From NCBI RefSeq assembly GCF_009914755.1, contig NC_060928.1: a DNA stretch of 64,000 nucleotides; one strand, written 5' to 3'. Shown here piece by piece: positions 1-11,515 of this stretch. Both the position numbers and the translations under genes were made by a program. The notes beneath the pieces were generated by a model, which had not been told where the DNA came from, made no database searches, and worked only from the letters and a program-made list of their open reading frames with translations. This stretch comes from the human T2T-CHM13v2.0 reference genome, Homo sapiens. Within the stretch, counting starts at the first letter, position 1, and every line of letters begins with the position of its first letter.

Positions 1-95
1 ATCATCAAATGACTTGTACATCTTATAATCTTTCAAAAGAAAATGAACTTCTAAAATGTTCCCAAGCCTCTAAATGTCATATATGTTGAAAGAAA

Positions 96-120
96 GAAAT
101 GAAATGAAATGAAATGAAAC
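96..120. repeat. Short (GAAAT)n / (ATTTC)n pentanucleotide repeat
   Basis: gaaat x4 then gaaac, preceded by gaaa units. Confidence 0.85.
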
Positions 121-198
121 GAAGTAAAATAAACCTAGATAGCTTAAAAAGTCATCAAAAGGTATAAATCACAATATTCAAGTTAGTAGCTTAAATAC

Positions 199-277
199 CT
201 CATATTTGAAACCGGATCTTGTGAAACTGAATCAACTGTTGGAACTGAGGGCAATTTTGCATTAGATGATCTACTGC
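199..277 (-). CDS. LRBA: LRBA exon (79 nt, GSRSSNAKLPSVPTVDSVSQDPVSNMS)
   Basis: Acceptor ttatag|GC, donor GAG|gtattt; frame continuous; gene continues beyond position 1. Confidence 0.94.
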
Positions 278-999
278 CTATAAAAGAAAAATAACCATCT
301 ATAGGAATTTTCTGCTTTTAGATATGAAGATTTAAATAAAAAGAATGTCATTATACCAGTCAATAAAAGCATTATAACGTATTTTTATGTCCATTACTAT
401 TTGGATAACATTAAAATCTAACAATTAACAACTAAATGCTTTCATATATAAACCTCAGCTACAAGCTCAATTATCATGCCAGAGCAATCTTTCTATCCAT
501 GAGCTGAAGAAGCAAGAGAAAAGTAAATTCTGACTCCCTAAATAAGGTTCACAATTCCTTCTACTCAACACCAAGTGTCAACAGAAAGTTACAAGTAAAA
601 GCATTTTCTTAACATAGCAAAAACACAGAAACAGCTACATTCCAAATTTAGCTTTAAACCTCCATTACCATGAAAACTATCCGTATTCAGTTATCAAATC
701 ACTACTAAAGGACTAAATTGTAGCAATAAATGTAATCAGGGTTAGAAGCCTAGATCTCTGAGAATCTGTAATCTTGTATCACAACTATTATCAGTTATTT
801 TCCCCTTATGCCCCAAATACAAAAACACTATGCTTTAAAGAGAATAAGGGCCCTCTTTCCCAAAGATTGTTGAATCTTTCAGTCCAAAAGTGATTAGAAA
901 CACATCAAGGAAAGCATCTGCATCAGGCTGGAGGTTGTGTTGGCCCAGAGAAAGTTATTGGAGCCAGTGTGAGGAGGAAATTCAAGGAAAAGAGAAAAC

Positions 1000-1386
1000 T
1001 GAGAATTGTAGAATTCATATCTATATGAATTCATGGTTCCAATAAAGGATGGAAATAATATGTGAATGACAGTATATATTTTTATAGACTTTTATATACA
1101 AACATACACACACACAAACACACACACTGCCTCTAGCTCTGTCCACTAAGAGGACACGGAAGCAGCAGCATCTTAACACTTGGTGTCCAGATCTTGGTTT
1201 CTAAATACTATACTCCACTAAAAGAAAGAAATGGCTGATTCAAGATCTGTGTAAGAAAAGCACAAAATAAGTTTGAAACATCTAGTTATGCTTTGTAGAA
1301 AGCAAGGAATGATAAGATATATACAAGGAATAAGGTTATGTCAAAGGACAATGAAGCCAGCTTGAAGGGGCTCCCACTGATCAAAT
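1000..1386 (+). mobile_element. Old L1 (L1MC/L1MD-type) 3' UTR fragment
   Basis: ctagctctgtccact...ccagatcttggtttctaaatac...ttgaaggggctcccactg resembles recalled L1MC/MD 3' UTR; left edge approximate. Confidence 0.6.
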
Positions 1387-1440
1387 ACCATTGTACTCCA
1401 TCCTGGGTAAGAAAGTGAAACTCCGTCTCAAAAAAAAGAA
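1387..1440 (+). mobile_element. Alu 3'-end fragment
   Basis: ccattgtactccatcctggg...ctccgtctc plus A tail. Confidence 0.75.
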
Positions 1441-1451
1441 TTGCCATTTTT

Positions 1452-1730
1452 GGCCAGGTGCAGTGGCTCACGCCAGTAATCCCAACACTTTGGGAGGCCA
1501 AGACAGGAGGACTGCTTGAGCTCAGGAGTTCAAGATTAGCCTGTGAAACACAGCAATGCCCGTCTCTACTAAAAATACAACAAAGTGGCCAGGAATGGTT
1601 GTGTGTGCCTGTGGTCCCAGCTAGGTCCCAGCTCAAGGATCACTTGAGCCTAGAGGGCAGAGGTTGCAGTGTGCCAAGACTGCACTACTGCATTCTAGCC
1701 TGAGTGACAAAGCAAGACCCTGTCTTAAAA
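1452..1730 (+). mobile_element. Alu (AluJ-like)
   Basis: ggccaggtgcagtggctcacgcc... dimer ending gaccctgtcttaaaa. Confidence 0.9.
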
Positions 1731-1793
1731 TACGATACGATACGATACGATACGATACGATACGATACGATACGATACGATACGATACGATAC
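1731..1793. repeat. (TACGA)12 perfect pentanucleotide microsatellite in Alu tail
   Basis: 12 exact units 1731-1790 plus tac. Confidence 0.98.
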
Positions 1794-2450
1794 TTCCCTC
1801 TGCTTCACACCACTCCCAGAACTTCCTCAAGCTCACTTCAATTGTATCTAGGAATTCTGATTCAATGTGCTCTTTTTGGTAAGGCAAATAAGGTTAATTC
1901 TGGATATAGATAAGCATAGCCAGGACCTAATCAGAAGATTTGTGGATATAACTGAATAAAAAACAGCAAGGATCTGAGGCAATTTTGAACTTTCCTGAAA
2001 CATGCTTGGTTTTTAGGCAGTACTTGATCAATAACCCTCAGTTCTGATTACCAGGTCTCAGTCAAATCTAAGGATCCAAAAATCTAGACAATTTGGCCCC
2101 CCAACAAGCTTGGTTCCTTTTGGAAAGCAGGCAATGCAGCAATCTTCCACAATTAACCTCTGGATAATTACTGAGCCCACCCCTTAGAGTGAGCACATAC
2201 CTAGTACAAAATGAACTTAACTGTAGTTAATCTTTCTTTTCCACAACATATTTCCTTTCCCATTCCCTTGATAATCAAAGTTGACTTTCCTTTATACCGG
2301 AAGTTTTGTATTGCTTACAGTCCTGCCTTCCTCACCATCCTGCTCAACTGAGATCTAACTGTACCTAAAAACTCTAACCAAGTGACTGTTGGTCAGGACG
2401 CATAGGATTCGTTTAAAAATGAAGCTAAAGCACACACTTCATCATGCTGA

Positions 2451-2837
<387 letters not shown>

Positions 2838-3356
2838 TAAAATTTCAAATTAGAGGGCAAGACCAGGGAAGTTCAAAAACATTTTTTCACCCTTTGGTAT
2901 CTGGCACTTCTAAGAGTCAGGTCCAATCCTAAAATCATATACAACACTCAGTAAAGTACTTCACAGACCCAATGGCTTTATTAAACTCAGTAAATGACAC
3001 CTGCAATTTTCTAAGTTCTTGACAACTATATGATCACTGAATCACAGTGGGTCATTGACTGTTACCAGTGATTAATTAAATAGTTCTGTTTTCTTAATTG
3101 GTGATAGTTTTTGAAGACCATTTTTATTGCAATGTATCAGACATTTTCTCTATTAGGATTATTGATGGATTTTCTTGAGCTTTTCTGAAGCTAATACAAA
3201 GGAACACATAAGGACCCATTTACTTAAAAGTAGAAATGGAAAAAATAAATCCCTCCCCAGAAAACATATGCATGAGGCTTTAGGAAAAAAAAAAAGGGGG
3301 GGTGTGCATGAGGCTTTAGGCAAAATTAGTCTTTACTGTGTTAACTGGTTTATTGG

Positions 3357-3661
3357 GTTTTTTGTTTTTTGTTTTAAGAGACGAGGTCTTGCTCTATTGC
3401 CCAGGCTGGAGTGTACTGGTGTGATCATAGCTCACCACAGCCCTGAGTTCCTGGACTCAAGTAATCCTCCTGTCTCAGCCTTCTGAGTAGGTGAGATTAC
3501 AGGCATGTACCACCACGTTCAGCTAATTTTTTTTAATTTCTTGTAGAGATAAGGTCTCACTTTGTTGTCCAGGCTAGTCTTGAACTCCTGGCTTCAGGTG
3601 ATTCTTCCACCCCAGCCTCTCAAAGTGCTGGGACTACAGGTGTAAATCACCACACCCTGCC
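3357..3661 (-). mobile_element. Alu (AluJ-like)
   Basis: Reverse Alu dimer. Confidence 0.9.
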
Positions 3662-4775
3662 CACTGTGCTAAATGATACTAATTTTAATGAGAAATGCAT
3701 ATTAGAAATGTGAAAAAGAAAAGCAACATTGTTACTTCTAAATAAAGCAGTAACAAAAATTATTTCCTCACACTACCCTAGAAGTAATGCCAATTTTCAA
3801 TTCTAAAAGAGAATATAGCAGAAAGAGATTTTTTACAGTGTCTTAAGTCATAAGAAGACACTTTACCAACACGGATAATAAATTAACCAGCAATAGTTAT
3901 AAGAAAAAAATCACATGAAAGAATAAACTAAATACACCAGTAATTTCACACTAGGTTGTCCTCCATTCCTGCTGTGGAAAAAAATGTAATATCCAAACAC
4001 ATTCTGTATTTTTTCAACTCAGGTAAAAATATAAACTTTCAATCAATTTGTTTTAAATTATCATTAAATATTTCCAGCAAATGATCACAAATACATAAAT
4101 GCAGAAGCTACCTCCTACATGTGGAATGATACTCACTTATCTTTTCCTTATCCTAGCACTGATAAACTGGCTCCTTCTAACTGACAGTTTTCCAGACATT
4201 CAAAAGAACAAAAAGGAAAATGCAAATATATCATCTGTCTAGCATCTATCTGGGGAGTAGGCAATTGTTTATTTAAGGTCCCTGCGGGTCTAAATAACTA
4301 ATGTCCCTTGCAATAAAGAATCATTAAAACAAATGCCAATTTTTAACCCCTAAACACTTTAGCACTGCATTTCTCTCTCTCTTTTCTGAACCAGTTAATT
4401 CAGCCTGGGATAGTCTACATGCCCAGTAAAAACTAATTAAACAAATCCTATTGAATGAATAAAAATAAGCCTATTGGCCTAAATCTTACACAAAGCAAAG
4501 ATGGTTATGACTCAAATATTTCCCTAATATTAAAAAAGTACTAATTAATAATGTATATGGCTCTGATAAACAGATACTGTCTAATATTCTAGTAAGTGGT
4601 AGAATTACTAAATTTTGCAAAATAGCAAACACCAGGCATATAAATTAGTGAACAGTATACTTAGTTCCACTATTGAGCTAGTTTCAATTTTGATTTATTC
4701 ATTTATGCTTTGCAATATAGAGAAACAGCATATTGGAAAAAGAATAATGATATTTTAACATACAAGAAGGGATAT

Positions 4776-5060
4776 GGGTGAAAGTGGAAGGATCACTTGA
4801 AGCCAGGACTTCAAGGCTTGTCTGGGCAATAGAACAAGACTCTGTCTCTACAAAAATTTTAAAATTAGCCAGGAATGGTGACACACACCTGTAGTTCTGG
4901 CTACTTGGGAAGCTGAAGCAGGAGGATCACTCAAGCCCAGGAGTTCAAGGCTGCAGTTGAGCTATGATTGTGCCACTGCACTCCAGCCTGGGAAACAAAG
5001 ACAGACCCTGTCTCAATTAAAAAAAAAAAAAAAGAAAGAAAGAAAGAAAAGAAAAAAGAA
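4776..5060 (+). mobile_element. 5'-truncated Alu (AluJ-like) with A/(GAAA)n tail
   Basis: ggatcacttgaagccagg...gaccctgtctc, tail with gaaa units. Confidence 0.85.
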
Positions 5061-5664
5061 AGGATACTGTATTCTAGGTAATCAGATCTTTGCTGATGAC
5101 TATAAAATTTCTAGATTTTGATATATTTACTAAAATCACTTTCGCTTTTCTTTGAAAACATGCATATACAAGGATATGCCTTATCCTCTGATGAATATCT
5201 TTTAATACTTATTAATTAGAAGATACAATTGTTGCTCTTAGACTAGTCCTTTTGGTTGATAAAATGCTGCATAAGCTAAGGTATACTATTCAAATTAAAA
5301 TTTGAAATTTGAAATTTGTACACCAAAAAAGTTTTGTATGTTAATTACAGTCTTAATAATGTATACTATTTCAAAATGCAAACAAATTCTCAATTTTTAT
5401 GGGTTATAAAATTTTTCAGTGATAATATTTTCATAGAAAAAGCTTGGACCTCATATAAAGCTGGCAAGTTTTAACTCTGTTTCTGTGATTATTATCTATC
5501 TAGTACTAGTTTCTCTTTAATTGTACCACATGTAAAATGTGTCTCATTTTGATATCAAAATTTCCAAATATCCACAAATGGGAATTTCCTTGAAGATATC
5601 ATGTGAATATATAACAGAAAATATGAATGTCACAGAAGAAACTTCATATTTTCTATCAAGTAAA

Positions 5665-6030
5665 TTTTTTGCCCAACTGTAGGATAATGTAAGTGTTCTG
5701 AGCACATTTAAGATAGGGTAGATTAAGCTATGTTGTTTGGTAAGTTAGGTGCATTAAATGCATTTTCAATTTTCAATATTTTCACCTTACAATGGTTTAT
5801 CATGATGTAACCCCATCATAAGTCAAGGAGCATCTATATTCTAAGTCACAAATGCATTTAACAGAGCCTATTTTATAAGAAGGTATTGGATATATCACAT
5901 AATTTACTAAATATTGTATTGAAAGTGAAAAATAGAATGGTCATACGGATACTTGAGGTACAGTTTTTACTGAATGTGTATTGCTTTCACACCATTATAA
6001 AGTCAAAAAATTGTTAAGATGGAACCATCT
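5665..6030. mobile_element. MER47A-like TcMar-Tigger MITE, first half inverted
   Basis: 5665-5836 matches the reverse complement of the recalled 5' half; about 5850-6030 matches the 3' half in forward orientation. Confidence 0.7.
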
Positions 6031-8976
6031 ATATATTTATCTACTTATTTTAATGGCAGATAACTTAAATCGAGAGACCCACCAAAAAGAAAACAAAAAT
6101 TTAACAGTTAAAAAAATACTGACAAGGGAAAGAGAACTATTTGGGAGGTTGGGGTAGTTTCCATGTGAAAATGAGTACTAACAAGTACAAGGGCAAGTAT
6201 AGTAGGCAAAAGCATGTAAAGTGGGGCGGCAGAAGAGTAAGAAGCAGGACAACCAAAAACACTAGATTAGGTTAGATTTTTCTTATCAAGGCAGTAATGT
6301 TCATGGCATCAATTAACGGAATAAAATAGAAGCAATACACTGAAATAGAGAACCCATATGACAGTAACAAGAACACAGTGAAAGAGGAAAAAGAAGAGTC
6401 AGATGTGGAAACCAAAACAAATGGTAAACAGAAAGACCATCATCACAAGGAAGACTTGAAATAACTGAAAAAGCAATAACTGTTTTTTTAAAAATGGGGG
6501 GGGCTAAGGAGGGGAAAAAAGTTTAAAATTCTAGCTCAAGATGGAAAAAAAAATTGGTAACTATTTGAGAAACTCCATCACAAATTATACAAAATTTAAA
6601 CAATAGAAAAATAAGATACATTATGAGCTGGATCAATGGTATAGGGTTTTGTAGATTTTGCCAATAAATGTAACAGTCTTCAAGATAGCAAATTGTTTTA
6701 TAATTCTGCATACAGTTTTTCAAAGTGAATATTTTAAATTACAATGAATTTATTGGAAAAAATACAATGGTTTCAGAGAGAAATGTATAATACTGTTACA
6801 TGTAAAATATTACCCATATGTCTCAGCTGTTTCTTATCTCTTCTGAAAACTCCAAGACTTAAATTTTAAAGAATAGACTTAAAAGCAATCAAAGGGTCCT
6901 ATTTCCTCTGTTCCTAAACTGAAACTAGAGGGCAGTATAAGAAAATATTTTACTCAATGTACTTTGAATTTCTGAAACTACATTTGATTTTGGATGTTAA
7001 TGAAAAATTTACTATACCTGAATTTAAAAGACGGCAGGTAAATCATTTCATAGATATTAATAACTATTGCATTTTTCACAAAAGGGACTACTCTAGAAAA
7101 ACCACAGTTGATTCTTTTTTTTTAAAGGACTTTGGATGGGGGTGGAGAAGCGGAAATGTGCATACCCAGCTCCAAATGAATTACCAAATTATTTCTTCTC
7201 CAAAGGAAAAAAAAAAAAGAGGCATCAGAGTATAATGGAACAATAAAGATGAAAAATTTGCTAGAGTTTCATGCCCATTTTCCTTTGTAATTCTCACTGG
7301 GCCAGGGGAAACCAGCGAGGGAGAGAATGACAGGGTATTTGAGAATTCTCTGTACTTCAAACTCAATTTTCCTGTAAACTTAAAACTGATCTAAAAAATA
7401 AAGTCTATTAATTTTTGGAAAAAATTATAAAATAAAAAGCAAGGCAGACAAAACTCTGCTACCATCGCAGCTTTTGGTTTCAAACTAGAAAAAAAATTCT
7501 AATCACTATTTTTCCTAAGAATAAAAATAATACAAGACTATTAATTAAATGTTAGAAATGCCACCTAAAGTAAATTTCGAAAATCAAAATTGCCAGTAGC
7601 CCAACTTCATGGAGATCCAAATGACTTCATAATACACTTTCTTGCTTTTACCATGTAAAGAAGGTAGATAAGTCACTTGGTTGTAATTATACAGTACGTA
7701 AAGAATTGCATATAACTTTCTTTTACTTAACCTACTGGAACATTTTCTCTATTCACTAAATACTATAAAATTTGTAAAAAAATTAAATACATTTAAAACT
7801 TCTTATAAAATGTATTTTTGTTAACACAAGCACAATAACAAATAAAAGAGAAGACAAAAGAAATAAACATAGTATTTGTTTCTAGGATACATGATTACAT
7901 AGTACACATCAAGGAAAAAAATTCCCAGCTACTGGCCAGTAGCAATATCAAGTTTGGAACAAAACTCTCCAAGATATGCTAATTTGCCAAATAAAGGTGG
8001 AACAGCAGAATAGAAGGCAAACCCTGGCCTGAGATATCCCAAAAGAAGTAACGGCATTATTTCTGATCTCAATATAATCCACCAGGCCATTCCTTCAAAA
8101 TTCCTTTATTTTCCGTCAATCTCAACCTAGAATCATAAGATGAGTGTTTTGGTAGGTACAATATCTTGTTATTAACTTTAAGAAACAGCAAAATATCCAG
8201 AAGAAAACCACTGATACAGTAACATCCCTTTTGTTATACTTGGTCATTTTAATACTGCACATTCTTCACATTATTCAAGTTTACCCAGTATCACCATTAA
8301 GCTTCCCATCAATGTATAGGATCTTGCATCCATATATATGCTTTTATACATGGAAATAATTTTTTATCCATATATATGCTTTTAAACATGGAAAGAATGT
8401 AGAAGGAGAGATGGACAAAAATAAAAGTGCTATAGGAGGAAATGAACCAGTATGACCATTGTTAGAATGATGCTACACTTCAGAGCAGCATTCCTTTCCA
8501 AGCCTCTAATTCAAAAAAATATGCCAAAAAAAACAAAGTATTGGACACTATATAAATATTTTTTTTTTGTACAGTCCAAAATATTTGACAACCAGTAACC
8601 ACATTAAAAGATTACATGTCAACAAGACTTTCTTATTTAGGCCACTATCTATATACATCTTCTTAAGTGCAGGGAAAGAAAATAAAGGAAAAAAATATTT
8701 TTATGAATCTATCATTCATCCATGCACTCATCTACCCAACTAGCAGCATCTAATCTACCACACACTACTAGGTTTGAGTGGAGAAAATAGTGAAATCCTT
8801 GACTTAATTTCTTTTAATTTTACTCAAATTTATTCAGAAAAGTAGTAAACAATCAACAGTATAAAAGTACAATGGTTTCTAATGTGCCCCCAAATTTTAA
8901 GTTAATCAAAAATCTTAAGCGTTGCTAAAATGAGATCTAAAAACATTTTTGTTGAAATCACTGATAACTAACTCAC

Positions 8977-9110
8977 CTGGTGATTCTCCTCCCATATCTG
9001 AGGCTTGGGCTGAATCTACTGAGGAAACCACACTGACAGCATTGGTAGGTATGCTTGTATTAAAGGTGGAAGGTGAGACTGCTGACTTTTTTGCTGCAAC
9101 AATGACACTT
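8977..9110 (-). CDS. LRBA: LRBA exon (134 nt, SVIVAAKKSAVSPST...DMGGESP)
   Basis: Acceptor ttacag|AAG, donor CAG|gtgagt; frame continuous. Confidence 0.94.
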
Positions 9111-10381
9111 CTGTAATAAAGAAAGTAAACAGACTGAAAGATACAAATTGATCTCTTGAATTAATTACATGAATTTCAAAACAGAAACTAGGTAGCTAAC
9201 TTATTTTTCTAATTTTCTTTCTTATTTCTATTTGATGTACAATTTAGACTTTTCACCCAACATGAAATATCTTCAATACTGTCCATATTTATCTGCATTT
9301 CACTATGAAAATATAATAATCTATTTAACATTTAAGCTTATATTTACCACATAGTATTTTTAAAATTTAGGATCATCTTAATTATCTAACAAATAAAATA
9401 TAACCAAAAGTATTAAAGCAGAAAATTCAACGTTTCCACAAGAATTGTAAAGCACTGCTAATCTGAAATAATAAAACCTTAGAAATCTTATAAGCTTAAA
9501 AAAAAAAAGCAGATATAAGCAATTTGCTAACATGTATACAACCCAGTTTTTCATTTTTAAACCCCAAAGACTATATCTTTTGATAATATATAAAAAAGCA
9601 ATGCATAGGAATAAAAACCATACGCAAAAATATCAAATAGTCAAAGTTCTTTATCTTGTATATTATTCAAACACAGGTATTTATGATATACCAATTTCAA
9701 TTAAAATGTAATACTTTATACCAAACAGTAAGTAAAAGACCTTGTTAGGCATAACTTAAAAGGCATTTTTAATTGAAGTTGGCTCCATAAACATGCAAAA
9801 ACTCAGTTAATGAGGTAAAGAGGACAGCTGATATATAATGCACTCCCACAGCAGTGCTTACTTTTAATTACCTGGTGTTAACCATAAGCCCAAAGTCTTC
9901 AACATTCAATTTATTTAATCACATCTTTTGTTGACAGTACTATAACTGCGAGCTTCAAGTATTCCCTTAATAGCTTTAAAGTATTCAGCTTCTAAACAAA
10001 GTAACTTAGGTATTTGATCCCTATACATGCATTCAAAAGTGAAAATTATGTAATTCCAATATTTTAATAATACATTTTTGTAGTTATTTTTAAAAACACA
10101 CACACAAAGCAAAATAGGTTTCGTTTTACCTCAGTGCCTATCATGTGAGGGCAAACACTGTTGCCAATTAAATCAAGGTCTCTTGTGCTAGGCATGGCTT
10201 ATTCAATGTACTTCAGGGTAGCTGGTGTCACATCATTATAAGGGTGACTGCCAATGTTAACTATACACTAAAAAATAGAAGCAACAGCCACCTGAGCCCC
10301 CAATCCAAAATGGTGTGCTTAAATCACAGCAGCTTATATCAGATGAAGATTATTGACTTAAGGGGGAGTAGATATGACGAA

Positions 10382-10386
<5 letters not shown>

Positions 10387-10417
<31 letters not shown>

Positions 10418-10433
10418 CACGAATGTGTGTGTG
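10387..10433. repeat. (TG)n microsatellite, interrupted
   Basis: tgtg run with cgtgcacgaa interruption. Confidence 0.9.
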
Positions 10434-10639
10434 TACGTATGTATTAGTGGTACCTTCAAAAACAACGCAAAATGTAATTTTTGTATTTCCTACTGGAGGG
10501 AGAAATTTAAAACCCATTGCTTAAGAAAATCACTGTCTTCTACCAATGTTTTTGCAGGGGAGGGAGGAGAAATATGAAGAATTTACTTTCACATTTGTTC
10601 ACAAAAGAAAGAACCAGCAAGATCTAGTTTACTCATACT

Positions 10640-11515
10640 GTAAGTAGGGACTGAATTGAGCAATAGAAAAGAATACTTAGAAAAGTGCAATTGCTTTTTC
10701 TATAATCAAAATGTAAGATATATACCCATCTATGCTATGACTCAACAATTCCACTTCTAGGAATTTCCTCAAGAAAGCTTATGTCCACAAAACATGTATA
10801 CAGTAATGGTCATACAGGCTTTATTTATAATAGTCAAAAACTGGAAATAGCCCAAATGTCCTTTATGCAGATATAGTAAATTTTTAATGGTGCTATGCTT
10901 CTAGAATGGAATATTATTCAGCAATAAAAGGTAACAAACTACTGATGAATGAAATGAAAAGGTAACAAACAACATGGATGAATCTCAAAAGCATTATGTT
11001 GAATGAAGTCTTATACTAAGGAGTATATACTTTATGGGTTTTTTTTTTTTAACATGCATGTCTAGAACAGACAAAACTAATTTATGGTAGAAAAAAATCA
11101 GAATAATTGCCTCTGGGGGATAGGAACAGGAATTGGCTGGGAAAGAGAACTTTCAAGACCAATGATATCATGATGGGGACTTAAGGTTACACAAGTGTAT
11201 AAATTTGTCAAAACTCATCAAATGGTACACTTAAGACCTGTGTCTTTCATTGTATGTAAATTTTAGCTCAAAAAAAAAAACTGTATTGATCTCCAGTTAG
11301 AGAGCTGCATGCTGGCTGAAATATTTAAGAGTGAAGTGAACTGATGTCTACAACTTTGAAGTACATTACAAAAATAAGATTGATTGATGGATACATGGTG
11401 AAGCAAACAGAGCTAAAAGCTAATTGTTGAATCTCAGTGATGGGTCTACAGGTGTTCACTGTGCAATTCTTTCAACTTTTCTGTATGCCTGAACATTTTC
11501 ATAATAAAACACTGG
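10640..11515 (+). mobile_element. Old L1ME-type 3' end
   Basis: ttccacttctaggaattt...aaaaactggaaatagcccaaatgtcc...aacatggatgaatctcaaaagcattatg...cataataaaa. Confidence 0.7.

Noticed and set aside
1633-1913. ORFs encoding IRYDT / IVSYR repeats
   Set aside because: Translations of the (TACGA)n microsatellite and adjacent Alu; no splice or promoter support
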